A stretch of 64,000 bases of DNA from Trichosphaerium sp. ATCC 40318 (lineage: Eukaryota; Protista; Tubulinea): assembly GCA_038496445.1 (NCBI GenBank), contig JALMLS010000304.1:248001-312000 (forward strand), written 5' to 3'. Positions 49,901 to 62,191 of the stretch are shown in pieces (position 1 is the stretch's first letter; each line of letters opens with the position of its first letter). A program made the translations under genes and the position numbers. The notes beneath the pieces were generated by a model. That model saw only the letters and a list, made by a program, of their open reading frames with translations, ran no database searches and had not been told where the DNA came from.

Positions 49901-52253
49901 TGGAACAAGAATCTCACCATTATCATCAGTGTCGTAAGCATGTCCAGAGAGTATCATCTTGACTGGCTATAGAACGTTGAGTAAGAGGTAAATGAAAACC
50001 TGCTACTGAAACCATACCTTAATAAGTTCACCGCTTTCATTCAGAAATTTGAATTGATGACCAGCAATAGTCATTGTATTAATAGGCTTGATTTGGCCTT
50101 TTACTACAATTGCTCTACTGCTCATACCGCCCCCAATGAGTTCGATAACATACATACCACGATCTTTAATCTTATCGAATTCAAAAGTCTTGAGCAAACG
50201 CTGAATAGGCGGATCCTAGAAGAACAAAACGATCAACTTCTTGTAAAGTCAATTTCGAAAGAAAACGTACGGTGTACTTGACCACAAACTCATGATTAGC
50301 TACAAGACCATCAAGATTAATATCAGAAGATATTTCAGTCTTCTTGTCAAGGTAGTAATTGAGTGTATTGATGTGGAATACTTTCACAAGCATAGTTTGT
50401 ACGTTCTTTACCCAAACTGATAAATTCACTTTATCATCAACTTTAAACTCTGTTGGATTTGTTTGAGCAAACGCAATATCAACTTCTGTCTTTAATGTTT
50501 CTAGTGGCACTCGATTAGATAACATTCGAGAATTAATCCAAGTACCGAGATCGCCCTTATTTGTAAGTATACCATACCACTTTTCAGCGTCACCAGTACC
50601 AGATAATAGGTTTGCTGTAGCCCATAGTTGTTCAAGGAAATTCTCTTTAAAGTAAGGAGCGAATTCTTTGTAGTTTTTCGCTCCTTTTAGGTAATGAGTC
50701 AATAATTGTTTACCTATAACAAGGATAAGTATTAATAGAACTGAAAAAATGTAATGATATTATGCCACGTGTCCAAAGGCGTTTGAAAAAGACGTACACA
50801 ATGTGATGTCTGAAGAGGCTGTAACACAAACTAATGAACCAACAGAGCCAACAGGCCAACTGTTCACTAATGTCACTCTCTTTGTTCTGAAACCAGTAAT
50901 GCGTTCTTCATTTTGAAATTGTCTTGTTGAAGGAAGCTTAAGGTACTCAATAAAGTCAGCCTTGTTGTATTTTCCACTTTCACACTGTAGCTCTAATACG
51001 TTATACAATACGTTAACCTTGAGGAACATAAGTAAACAACAAGACAATACGATCAATAAAAGAAATACCTTGTAACTTGCGAAGGCTCCTCCTAAAGTGC
51101 TAACAAAGCTACGCAAGCGCTTAACATAATCTTCTTTGATATCTTTATCATTAGGATCGCAATCAGGGTTAATACTCAAGCGATTAATGTAAGCAGACAC
51201 CCAACTAGCACTGTTTGGTAAATCCTTCACTCCTTTTGTTCTTTTGGCGAGTTCCTCGAGTTGAGCAAGAGTAAGCCGGTTAAAAACAGTAAACTCTTCA
51301 GGATTCTTTTTAGTCCTCTTAATAACCTCTACAAAGAGATCTATTGTTTTGGGATGATCAGCGCATGTTAACCTACAAACACATCACAAAACAAACACAA
51401 CCACGCAAGAAAAAAGGGAGATATCGTACCGTTGTAGCAACTCTGTTCTTTGGTTTGTTTGGAGGTCCGAATGCATATCCAAAAGCTTGTCATTTACAGC
51501 AACACTTCTGCGTAGGTGATTAATGTTATGTTTGGCTCCAAGAAATTGAGTCTCCCATGAGAATCGTTCTGTTTTAATAACAACGTGTTAGAACAAAAAA
51601 AATTGGTATTATGAGGTAGAACCTTGATCTAATTTGCACGGGTGCGTTGCTGGAGTGGCAACACGACTAGGAGCGGAGCGAGAAACATTGGGTTTTTTGT
51701 ATTTTTTTTGTAGCCAGTCCCAGACTTCTTCTTGGTCATCAGTACGAGCAAAACGCGACAAGTTGAACCTAGTGATATTGAGACCTTGTTTGAGTTTTTA
51801 TTGTTTTATGTACCTCGCGTCCATTTTATCGTACAACTGCTTTGGATTATGTGGTTCGGAGGAACAGGTTTTCAAGTACTACATAAACGGTTTTTTTAGA
51901 TGAAAGACATTACAGGCCTAAATGGTCTTCGCGTACCTCGGCGAGAAGTTCTTTGATGGCAGAAGTGTTGGCACCATCTATAAATGAGTTTAAGAAAAGT
52001 TTGTTGGTTTATTATTTTTATCACCTTTATTTGTGTTTATAAGATGAAGTAACGTGTATTTGTAATAGTCAACAGATCCCTAGCGCTAAAGTAAATTTTT
52101 CGACGGTTTAAAGCAATTTTTACCTTTAATAGCTCTTTTAGCGTCTCACTACGGTCTGTCGATAGCGCATATTTCTCAGCAAACGAAATATACTCGTTTC
52201 TATTTACGTCAGTCTAAACACACAATACTACAACAAGAAGCTTACCCAGACAT
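43946..52253 (-). CDS. Giant (about 2000 aa) alpha-2-macroglobulin-like conserved hypothetical protein
   Basis: N-terminus ISFAEKYALSTDR...|GSVDYYKY. Internal motifs ISSDINLDGLVAN, YSEFACHELN, QIPVGAIPV, FYFPQVGKYNHFP, LEYKPFVNARAH. C-terminus YVKVFAR...FFK|DGYTDLTGAFDY. Many introns. Confidence 0.7.
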
Positions 52254-52529
52254 ATTGTAGTGTTATAACTATAAAATGTAGATCAACACAATAGTTTTCA
52301 TAAAATACAATTAAGCCACAACCGAAAACCGCTTCGCAAAATTTTTCACAGAGTCCTAGCCCAAAAACCTTTGTGTTGCACCATCTACAAAACCCAGTAC
52401 TTTTCCCAACAAGAGCTTTAACTCGCTCTCTATCGTATATCGGAGTGAATGGAACCACAAAAGTAATTTTGTGCTCAACAAAAAATTTTATTTACATAAG
52501 TTGGTTTTTCTTTTAGTATTGTAGTGCCC

Positions 52530-55500
52530 TTATTGTTTGCCCTTGTTAAAGCGCAACAATAAATATATGCCTACTTCCAATACAAACCAAATAGCAGCTG
52601 TAATGCCAACTGTCATCCAGAAGTTATCTTCTTCAAAATTGAGTCTCATAATTTGTTGATCACCAGTCTAGACAAACATAATTAATATCTACGAATAGAC
52701 ACTATGATGTTGACGTACGGTAATAGGACAAACAACAGTATCATTTGGATTTAACGTAAAACCACTGCAAGATAATGGAGAACCACCATTGAAATCAGAT
52801 GGTAATGTAAAGGCACCAGAAGGGATTGTACAGTTCATAACTTCAGTAATTGTCGAATTAACCGCATTCATTGTAGTATTCAGCATGTCCGTCATAGTTG
52901 TGTTTTCTACAATAAGTGTTAGTCACGTAACATACAACAATATCATAAAACGTTTGATTACTTACGTGTATCACAAGGGATACGGAAGTCGCACTCTACA
53001 CATTTGAAATTTTCACCTCTAAAACCTGCAATAACCAATCCTTCGAAAGCCCATCGGAAGAATGATATCTTCTCTAACCATATAAAGTATACTGGAATAT
53101 TATCAGCGTTCAAAAAGAAACCAGAGAACAACATGCATGGAATCTAAGAGCAAAATGTAAGAAAATTGTAAACGCTTAAAAATCTTGAAGTACCAAGATC
53201 ATAGGCTGAATGCGCGTTGCAAGAGCTACATCATGAATAGCAGCTGAGAGGATCATTCCAATAGCGAAAGCAGTATTAACAGTCATAAAAATTACAACGT
53301 TGAACATGAGGAAGTTTGTAAAACTGTTACTCCATCCAATCATCCACTAATTCAAAAAAAAGTTAGAAAACAAGAACTACACGAGTATATAATAACGTAC
53401 GTAAGAAATAGCGGCAGTAATAACGGGAACAATAAAGTTTACAGGTAGTTCACTAAAAAACTTTGCAAAAAAGTACGAAGCAGTGCCATACAATCCTGAA
53501 CCTTGTTCTCTAAACACCACACCTCTAAAAAAGAAGATCAACAAATGTTACAACTACTTTCTTCATTATCATACCTTTCAGCAGGGAAGATATAGGTTGG
53601 ACCATTGATACCAGCAAAAGCAGTAGATACGGTAACGAAAAATAGAGCAGATGTTCTATCACGAATACCAGTCTGATCGTTATCAAGACGCAAGTAAATT
53701 AAGCCTGCAAGCACAGACGAAAAAATAGCTTGAACAATACGTGTCTTGAACAGTAAAGGTTCGCGCCAAACATTACGCAATGAACGGCTATAGAAACAAA
53801 AAATTAATACAAGCTGAATATCAGTACAAGGAAGCCCATTAAACGTACATGAAAAGTAACCAAAATTTAGTCAAGTCAGACACTCTATCAGCTTTGCTTT
53901 CGCGGTGAATTGGGTGCTCGTGCTTTGGTGGTTTCGTGGCTTGTTTACTAAGCTTCGATTTTTTATACTTTTTGATCATGCCATCAACTTGATCAGTTGT
54001 AACGTGTCTTTAAAAGAACATCCATTAATACAAAAATCCAAGAAAAATTGTTGTTCTCTTAACGTACTTGAGCAAGGTTTCTTCTTCCGCATCAACCTCA
54101 TCTGTTGGAGTCACGTGCAAGATTTTCACTAAAATGAATAAGCACAATCAAACATGTAAGTCTATTAATGAACGTACTGAGGTAATCAGCAGGATTCTTG
54201 AAAGGTGGGCATTTGTAGCCAATACCTGCGAAGTAAGGTACAGTTTTTGGTAAATCTCCGTAGTAAACTGTCTGACCCTCAGCGAGAATCATCAGTTTAT
54301 CAAACAATCTATAGATATCTGCTGAAGGCTAACACAAAGCATAAGTCACTAAATTACAAAAAAGTCGCACTTGATGGATAGTACAGATAATGGTTCTACC
54401 ATGGAAAGCAAGATTACGTAACCCGTCCATGACTGCTTTAGCTGCGAAGGAATCAAGTCCCGATGTTGGTTCATCCAAGAACAAGATTTTAGGATCAGTA
54501 ATCAACTCAATAGCAACAGAAACTAAAATAAACTCGTTAGCCTTTTTTTACAAAAAAAGATTCACATAAACTGTGATTTCACACACCTCGCTTCTTTTCT
54601 CCACCGGACAAACCGCGCTTGATTCCGGAATTTCTCGCTGTAGCACCAGAAAATCCAATGTAGTTATTACGAACATGATAGAGGCCAAGTTGAGTCAGCA
54701 ATTTATCAACTTTCTGTTTCTTCTCAGCTTGTGATGTATGTTTTGGTAGTTTAAGATTTGCAGCGAACATGAGTGCTTCTCTAGCAGTCAAAGAGCCCAT
54801 GAGTACATCCTCTTGACTTACAAAACCAGATATTTGGCGAAGTAATGCAGAATCAGCTTTTTGACCGTTGATTTTAACAGAACCAGTAACATGCTTGCCA
54901 GTGATACGATGAGCAAGAATATTTAGAAAAGTTCTGCGTGATAGATGTCAATACATTACAATAAATAATGACATCGCTACGTACGTTTTACCAGCACCAG
55001 ATGGTCCAATAATACCCTAATAAGAAAAAAAGTTAAACCGGGCAAATTAAACAAATAACTACTTTTGTTCCCGAAGTGTTTTTTTAAATCGGATCACTGC
55101 TAGTTTTGTCGACAAGATCAAAATAAGAATTGGTTGAATACGTACCAATAAACAACCTGGAGGAACATATCCTGTCATTCCCTTTATGATGTGCTTGTCA
55201 ATTTGCTTCTTTTCACCTCTCTTAACGCATCCCAAGAAGTATTTTTCAGCATCCGGGTTTGGTACTTTAACACGATACTTTATATCTGTCCACACCATTT
55301 GCACGCGATCAGTGTCTTTAATTAAGTGGCGTTCGTCCACGGTTCTCATAAAATCTTCTCTAATTATAAAACGTTTAGGATTGCGTGTTAGTACGGACAC
55401 GAACCGTAGCAATTCTGCGAATGGTACTTCGTCGTCTGCTCCACTTGATACTTGTCCGTCGTCGCCATTTACCTGTGACAGATTAGTTTTGGCGTAGTGA

Positions 55501-56002
55501 GCGTCAATGCCGTACGTCTAAGGTTTCTTTGGAGGAAGAACTGCTTTTTGAGGATTTGCTTTTCTTAGATTTCTTCTTCTTGCTTTTCTTTGGCTTTACA
55601 ACAGCGCTGGCATCAAGAGTGACAGCAATAGATGCTTTTCTACCGAAATCGGCTTGAGGCACTGTTTCGACGCGTGCACCAACGTTGTCGCTGTAAGATT
55701 CTACAACTTGGTTAGTACAAGGAGAAATACAATTTACGCACCTTCTTCACTTTGTTTGTCCTCTTCATCTGTTAGAGGTTGTTTCACGCCAGAGGAATCA
55801 CCATCCGTGAGGTCTTAATACAATTAGAGTCATTTTACATTGCTTTTTTCGTACCAGCTGAAATAGTGCTGTTGCTTTCGTTGCCTACGTCTAGAGTTGC
55901 GTTTGCAGACACTCCTACATTAATTGCTGGCGATGAGTGCGAATCCGAGCTACTACTCGAACTTGACACTTGGTCAGACGAGGAGGTTGAAGTTGAGCTC
56001 AT
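52530..56002 (-). CDS. ABCG (White-family) half transporter
   Basis: [34 protein letters not shown]|[14 protein letters not shown] domain LFSGFFLN. Confidence 0.95.
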
Positions 56003-56680
56003 GTGTTACTTCAGTTTGGTCTTTTATGAAAATCGGATCAAAATATTAAGCGGCTCGGGCAAAAAATTGGGGCGAGAGATTTAGAAATTTTTGAATGAGA
56101 AATCAGTGTAATGCGTGCTAATAAAGATTTAAGAGCGTTTTTCGCTGTATTGATTTCCCGTGTACAGTAAACAATTTGTGAAGTTAAGTACACGCGCATT
56201 GTGGACAACACGCCAACTCGCTAGTGACGTTTATAGAAAGCACAAAGCGTTCACCCTTGTTTCTCAGAGCGTATTAACTCGTTTGATACCACGGAGAATT
56301 ATTTACACCTACTTCAGTAACGACATTGTACGCTAGTGTACAGCATGATATGAGACGAACGCAAGCGTAGTATTGCCTTTTAGGCTGTTATAACGGTATT
56401 GATTAATAAAGGCTTTTTTGACCAAACGCAACAAAGCGGTTTCCCAATCATTACATGAAATAGGTTATTAACAAAGTACTATCTGGCTGATCATGCAGGA
56501 AAACGTTTACGGTCTACAAAGTTATTAGTACAAGGGTGTTTCATTACACTCTTCGTAGAAGCGCGTTAGCAATAAATAGCACTTCCTTGTAGAGGTTAAG
56601 GTAGTTTTATTTTTGGTAGTTCAAGTTGTAGTTTTTTCCAAAACCCTGCATTCAGAAGTAGAATCAAGTACTAATAACCA

Positions 56681-58898
56681 ATGACAGAACCTGCTACGGA
56701 CTTTAATATAAGGATAACGCGGGCATCGAAGGACTTGCACTCATCATGCAAGATAATTGTTGCAAAAGCGGTGTTGAACGCCATACAAAGCAGCGAACTT
56801 CTAACACTCGCTAAAGCTTCGGTAAGTACTTAAAAAATGCTGTGCGCTCTAATAGTACTCAGACTGCTGCGTTGAGGTTGATGTTCGACATTATTCGCGA
56901 AGCGCAACTCAAGTATACTTCCGGTATTCACCAACGCATTTTCGACGCTGTGGACGTAGTTAAAGACAAACTACGTCAACAAGTTGGCGCACTAGTAAGC
57001 AGCGCAAAAGCAGTCGCCGAGCGCAAAGGTATGTACTAACAGTGTTTAAACGCAGCTTTAACAACAATATAACAAGGTGTCAATGAACAAGCGCTACAAT
57101 CGTCATTGAAACATATTGAAGCGATTATAGCAAAGCTAGTATCTGTTAGCAAAATGATAGTTTCACAAAAAGGTACCACAAGTTCTTAGCGCACAACCAC
57201 AATAAGGAAAAATAAACTCCGAACGTTTTTGCTTCATGAAGGAGTGCCATTTTCGCGTATGTGTTCACCAACTAATCCATACAAGGTGGCAAGAGGCATT
57301 CAAGACATTCTACTCCTACATCAAAGCGTACACGTTCTCGGTCAACGCCAACCAAGTACAAAGCCTGTTCACATTTATTCAGTGTCATAACTATCTTTCA
57401 GAAAAGTGCACAGACGATCTTTTAAAGTTGGTTCTAACTCACCAATAATGGGTCCTAAAGACGAATATGTACTATTTAAGATGACTAGATATCAGGTTTT
57501 CTTAGACAAATATGTAGGTTTGCTCTGGTTGGGTATTAGAAAAGCATGCTTCTGTTCCTAAAACAGGATTACCCAATTGGATAAATCTTAACCGAAAATG
57601 GTTTGAAACTTTTTTCATTGGAAAGGATTATGGACATGTTACAGCACACACTAAATCAGCTGGACAACTAGCCATATCTCTTTGTACTGAAAGGGTACGG
57701 TTTGCTTGTTATAAATTGTTTAAGAAGTACTAAATGCGTATATAGAAGCCACAACCAGGAGGAGTTATTGCGCTTATTTTCCGAATAATAATTCGAAGCA
57801 AAAATGTGCGTGGTAAACAAAAAAACCCAACACATTTTGACATTTTATTAGGGAGTCAAAAAGACTCTTGTTCGCGCAGCACAAAGAACAGAGGGAAAAG
57901 CTTGGGAGAGTCAAGTAAAATCAGTTTTGTTGAGTATCATACCAGATATGGAGAGGGTGTATATTATCCCAAAAGAACACAACCGTGAGCTTGAGCAGTA
58001 TTTTATCAATTACGAAATGAAGGACCTACGTGTAACCAAACAATTCAAGTTTGGCGTATTATACATGAAGAGAGGTCAAAGCAATGAAGAGCAAATATTT
58101 AGTAATAACCACAGTATGTTATAGCGAGTATTCAGTTACCCAATACTAATGTATGAAAATAGAGAGCGGTAGTAAAGACTATGGAGAACTGCTGCGAATA
58201 CTTGGTAACAAGGTGCAAATGAAAGGCCTAACAAAGTTCACAGGTGGCCTTGATACCGTAGGTAAGTGCTTGTATACATATGAATGCGTACGGATAGTGT
58301 TTCTAACTTGTGTGGCTTGTAGATGATGCCACTGGTAAATATTCTGTTTATACCAAATTCCGACACTATGAAATCATGTTCCATGTAGGAACTTTGTTGC
58401 CTACAGAAAAGAACCCTCAACAAGTACGTCATAAGAAAGGCTAAGTGCATTCTTTCATTTGCTTATTACGTCCATAGCTGGCTAAAAAGAGACATATTGG
58501 TAACGATATTGTTGTTATTGTATTTAGAGAGGAAGATGCTGACGAGTTTATGCCGTGCTGGGTTAAATCAAATTATATCCAAATCTACGTTGTTGTTACA
58601 CTAAAAAAGAGAGGGTTAGTCTCATTAAGACATTGATACAGTGACTAACTAAAGACTATTTAGACGTGCTACTACGGGGTATTCAGTGCAAGTAATGCGT
58701 CACCAGGATGTACCAGCATTCGCACCAGCGATAAAAGTCGAATTCGACCATGATGAAAAATTCCGTATTTGGTTGCTTGAAAAAGTAGTCAATGGTGAAC
58801 TTGCTGCATATCACAGTAAATTATTCGAGACACAATTTAGACGTACATTTGTAACATTATTAGATGATTTATTGACAAAACTACCAAAAAAGAAATGA
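56681..58898 (+). CDS. Rap/Ran-GAP domain protein
   Basis: FKFGVLYMKRGQSNEEQIFSN, FTGGLDT, YEIMFHV, KKRHIGNDIVVIVF, KVVNGELAAY. Confidence 0.92.
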
Positions 58899-58955
58899 GC
58901 ACGTTTTTGTGTTAAAAAAAAAATCAAAATGTAAATAAAAACAAATTGAAAGCAC

Positions 58956-58974
58956 GGGGACGCATAGGTTTTCA
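58956..58974 (+). repeat. Left terminal inverted repeat
   Basis: ggggacgcataggttttca is the exact reverse complement of 61982-62000. Confidence 0.95.
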
Positions 58975-59082
58975 AAATTCCAGAATTCTGAGAAATGCGA
59001 CAACTTCCAGAACTTTCTGGTAATTTCGAACGTTTCAAAAAGTTACAGAACTTTGATGCCAATAAAGCAAAAAAACATTTAT

Positions 59083-60034
59083 TTAATTGTGTGTCCATGG
59101 ACCATAAGGTAAATACCTGACTCTTGTCTTCAGTACAATATTACTAGCATGTGCAGTCAAGTACAATGCACTAGCTAGTGTTTGAGGAGTGCCTCTAAAG
59201 CTTTGACGAAACATGCTGTGGCTTTTAAAGAAAGCATTTATCTGCTCCACTCTACTTCTGTAATGTGAGATCACTTTGTTGGTATAGTGTTGGTGCAAAG
59301 TCAGGTTTCCATTGGGTGGGTATTTAGTGGTACATAAGCAATCTCTGTTTGCTATGTAATGTCCATCACCTAAGATACGCTCCCATGGTTGAGTTGGGTG
59401 GTATGCTGCAGTATCAAGCCAGATATGCCCATCATACTTTGAACCTAAAATTGAACTGTAAAAAAAAACAAAAAAAAATTTCCACGTGAACAAAAGAACT
59501 AACCAATGTGTGGTCCCGTGAACACAATAATGTCACCTAAAAATGAACAACCTAGCTGCACTTTCCAACAACAGCGTTTATATTTGCCGTTGTAAAGGCA
59601 AGAATGCATAAATGGATCTGTAGGTGCCTGCACATAGATTGGCATTGTGTCGACCATCCCAGTTACATATTTAGGAAAGTGCGGCGTGTGGTTATAAGGA
59701 TCTAGACGTGAGTTCCACTGAATTTCGTCCATAACATCAGCCAAAGCCTTCATTTTTGGTAGAATCCGCGTAGATAGGGCGTACTGAGTAATGCCAAGGA
59801 CATTTGAGCTTCGCCATGTTGTATAAAGATGAATGTAGCTAAAATAGATTGTTAGCTAACAACAATACCTTATACGCACCTAAACATTTGAAAAACATCT
59901 AGTTCGTACAAGTTAGGAACCAAAGGTTCATATTTCGCATGAATATAGCGTAGAACCTCTTTATCATAACCAGACTGAGACTTACAATTAAAGTCTGAAA
60001 CAGCGTCAAATGTCCAGTCCACTAAACGAGGCAT
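59083..60034 (-). CDS. DDE transposase (DDE_Tnp_4 / HARBI1-like), 2 introns
   Basis: GMVDTMPIYV (D1), YNGKYK...KVQ, G|SKYDGHIW, ILGDGHY (D2), RSRVEQINAFFK (E). The frame is intact after splicing. Confidence 0.9.
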
Positions 60035-60387
60035 TGATAGTAATTGTAACCTAAAACACCAGCTTGTTAATATTTTCGGGCACCAATTAAACAATGCAAA
60101 ATGAACTTTCATAGCATATAACAACAAGGAAATTAAAGGTTGACATGGCGTCAAATGACAAGTCCGCTAACAAGACATTTTTAGATTTTTGGCTTTTCGG
60201 GTACTAACTAAAACACCATGTTTTGGACATTGTAGTATCCATTTGGCAATTAAATGAAGGTATCTACAAGTGTTATTTTTGACGGCAGTTTGATAATAGG
60301 TTTATTTCATTTACTCTTCGGGCAATATTTTAAACCCGAAAAGTTGTTAAAGTTCAAAATTTCTTAGTTCGAAACCAATCACAACAC

Positions 60388-61649
60388 ATGAGCAATATAA
60401 CTAAAGAAGGTATTAGAAGGGCGCTTACACCTGCAGAGTATGAGGTGTTGGTTGAGCGCATGTGGTCCATGCGCTACCCACCAAGTAACTACTGGCAAGT
60501 TTTAAACACCAAGTTATGCATCAACAACTTGAAATACCAATTCAAGATGGCTCACCTTCGAGCTGAACGCCGAAACAGGGCACAAGATCTTCCCCAATGG
60601 CTCACGGACAAGAACTCCACTTTTGTACGTATTTTTAGACCACCTATTATTGGTTGCACCTAATAAAAGTTAGACAACAAGAGATCGTTACACCAAGCCC
60701 ATGGATCATCGACGTAGATCAAACACTTTTGGTGACATTTCAATCGACCCAGAAGAGCATCAAGCTTTTCAACGCAATCCTTTTGTTTCACCTAAGCGAG
60801 TAAAGAGACAACAGCGCATAATTAATTTAGTTGATGAGGATGAACGTAAGCTTGTAAATTTAACTGTTTTTTTACCTTTTAACATTTTTCGTAGCTTTGA
60901 ATCCAAGTTCATCTCTAGAGCAGGTTCTGGCAGTGTTAAGGCAACAGAATTACCCTCGTGACGTTGTTGAGTTTGTTCGCGCTAATCATATTGATGGTGA
61001 TGTTTTGTTTAACTTCACTTCTGATGATAAGAGCGTGGTTGAACCACTTAGTGTAGGACACGCTAGCAAACTTTGGAGATTTTTTACTAGTATCAATACT
61101 GCTTTAGGCACGTGTGCTTTTTTTTTCTGACATTTTCTCTCGCTGACTTTTTTTTTCAGAATCAGCACCTCAAATACGTCACAAGGCTGTTTTGACTCCT
61201 CGTGATGTGAACCAAGCTATTGCCAATAATATGAGCCTTCCTCGTTCGTATGTGGGTGCAAAACTGTGGCCAGATGATCATGAGCTTGTGGAAAAGGCTG
61301 AAAAGAGAAGGTATGAACCGTTTTGTTGTACTCAAAGTAATTAGATTTTTTTGTAATTGATTTATGTAGGAAAAGGCGTAAACGCTCTTTAGAGCGCCGT
61401 GAAAAGAAAAGGGCCAAAACCGCTACAAAGGAGAAAGATCCACCATTGGAGAGAATACAAACAACTCTCCGTGTACGTGACACCAGAGTTCATACTTTAG
61501 GCAAAAGTGAAACTGCCTTGCACCTGCAAGCCATTCAAGCTGGTGCCTCTCAAACTGGTCCAATTCAACGCGCAAGAAAAGAGAAAAAGAAGGATCCTGA
61601 CTACGAATACGCAGTAGTTGAAGAAGAAGAAATCAGTTTTGATGAATAA
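60388..61649 (+). CDS. Transposon partner protein: divergent Myb/SANT-like N-terminus, SAM domain and basic tail, 5 exons
   Basis: LTPAEYEVLVERM...YWQVLNTKL...LKYQFKMAHLR (Myb/trihelix-like spacing). SLEQVLAVLRQQNY...FVRANHIDGDVLFNFTSDD...LSVGHASKLW (SAM). KRRKRRKR NLS-like stretch. Confidence 0.7.
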
Positions 61650-61806
61650 ATACTTTTTTTTTTATTGTAAGTGTTTTAATGTCACGTGATTGTGTTTGTT
61701 AAGTGTGTTTTTTGTTGTTTCTTTTCCTTGTATATGTGTGACTAGTTTTGAGATGTTGTTTATGTAATAAGGTTGTCAACCATCAGACTTGTTCTTACAC
61801 TTGCAT

Positions 61807-61975
61807 TGAAAATTCCAGAAGATTCTCTAGAAACACGGAACACTCCAAAAGGAGCTTCAAAAATTGCTGTAATATTCTTTCAGTACACCTTGAAATATTC
61901 CAGAAGATTCCAGAAGGTTCCTTTGCTTGAATTCTAGAAGGTTTTGAAACTTCCAGAATTTCAAGAACTTCTGTA
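61807..61975. promoter_or_regulatory. Subterminal array of nGAAn/nTTCn pentamers (HSE-like)
   Basis: Perfect alternating runs: 4 units at 61807-61826, 5 units at 61897-61921, 3 units at 61945-61959. A similar but weaker array lies at the left end (58977-59050). Confidence 0.75.
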
Positions 61976-61981
61976 ATATTA

Positions 61982-62000
61982 TGAAAACCTATGCGTCCCC
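61982..62000 (-). repeat. Right terminal inverted repeat
   Basis: tgaaaacctatgcgtcccc. Confidence 0.95.
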
Positions 62001-62191
62001 CTCAACTCGCAAACGGTGTTTGTGGTTTTTACAAAGACTAGAAGTTCGTTCAGTGGTAAGTTATTTCGATGTTAATCGCGTTCCGTGGGTTACAAAATGA
62101 TCAGGCTGATTTTCTCGTAGTTTGTAATTTCTCGTTTTGTCTGCCTATGAGATTATCGTAAAACGCGTCTAGAGAACACAATACGCTTGTT

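Larger units (their letters stand above)
58956..62000. mobile_element. Autonomous-looking PIF/Harbinger (IS5-like) DNA transposon, 3045 bp
   Basis: Perfect 19-bp TIRs GGGGACGCATAGGTTTTCA (58956-58974 and 61982-62000) enclose two divergent genes. The flanking triplets CAC/CTC are not a perfect TSD. Confidence 0.9.

Noticed and set aside
58977-61975. Reading the TTCCAGAA repeats as STAT/GAS sites
   Set aside because: The spacing is mostly TTC-N2-GAA in continuous alternation, which is HSE geometry, not the TTC-N3-GAA of GAS elements.
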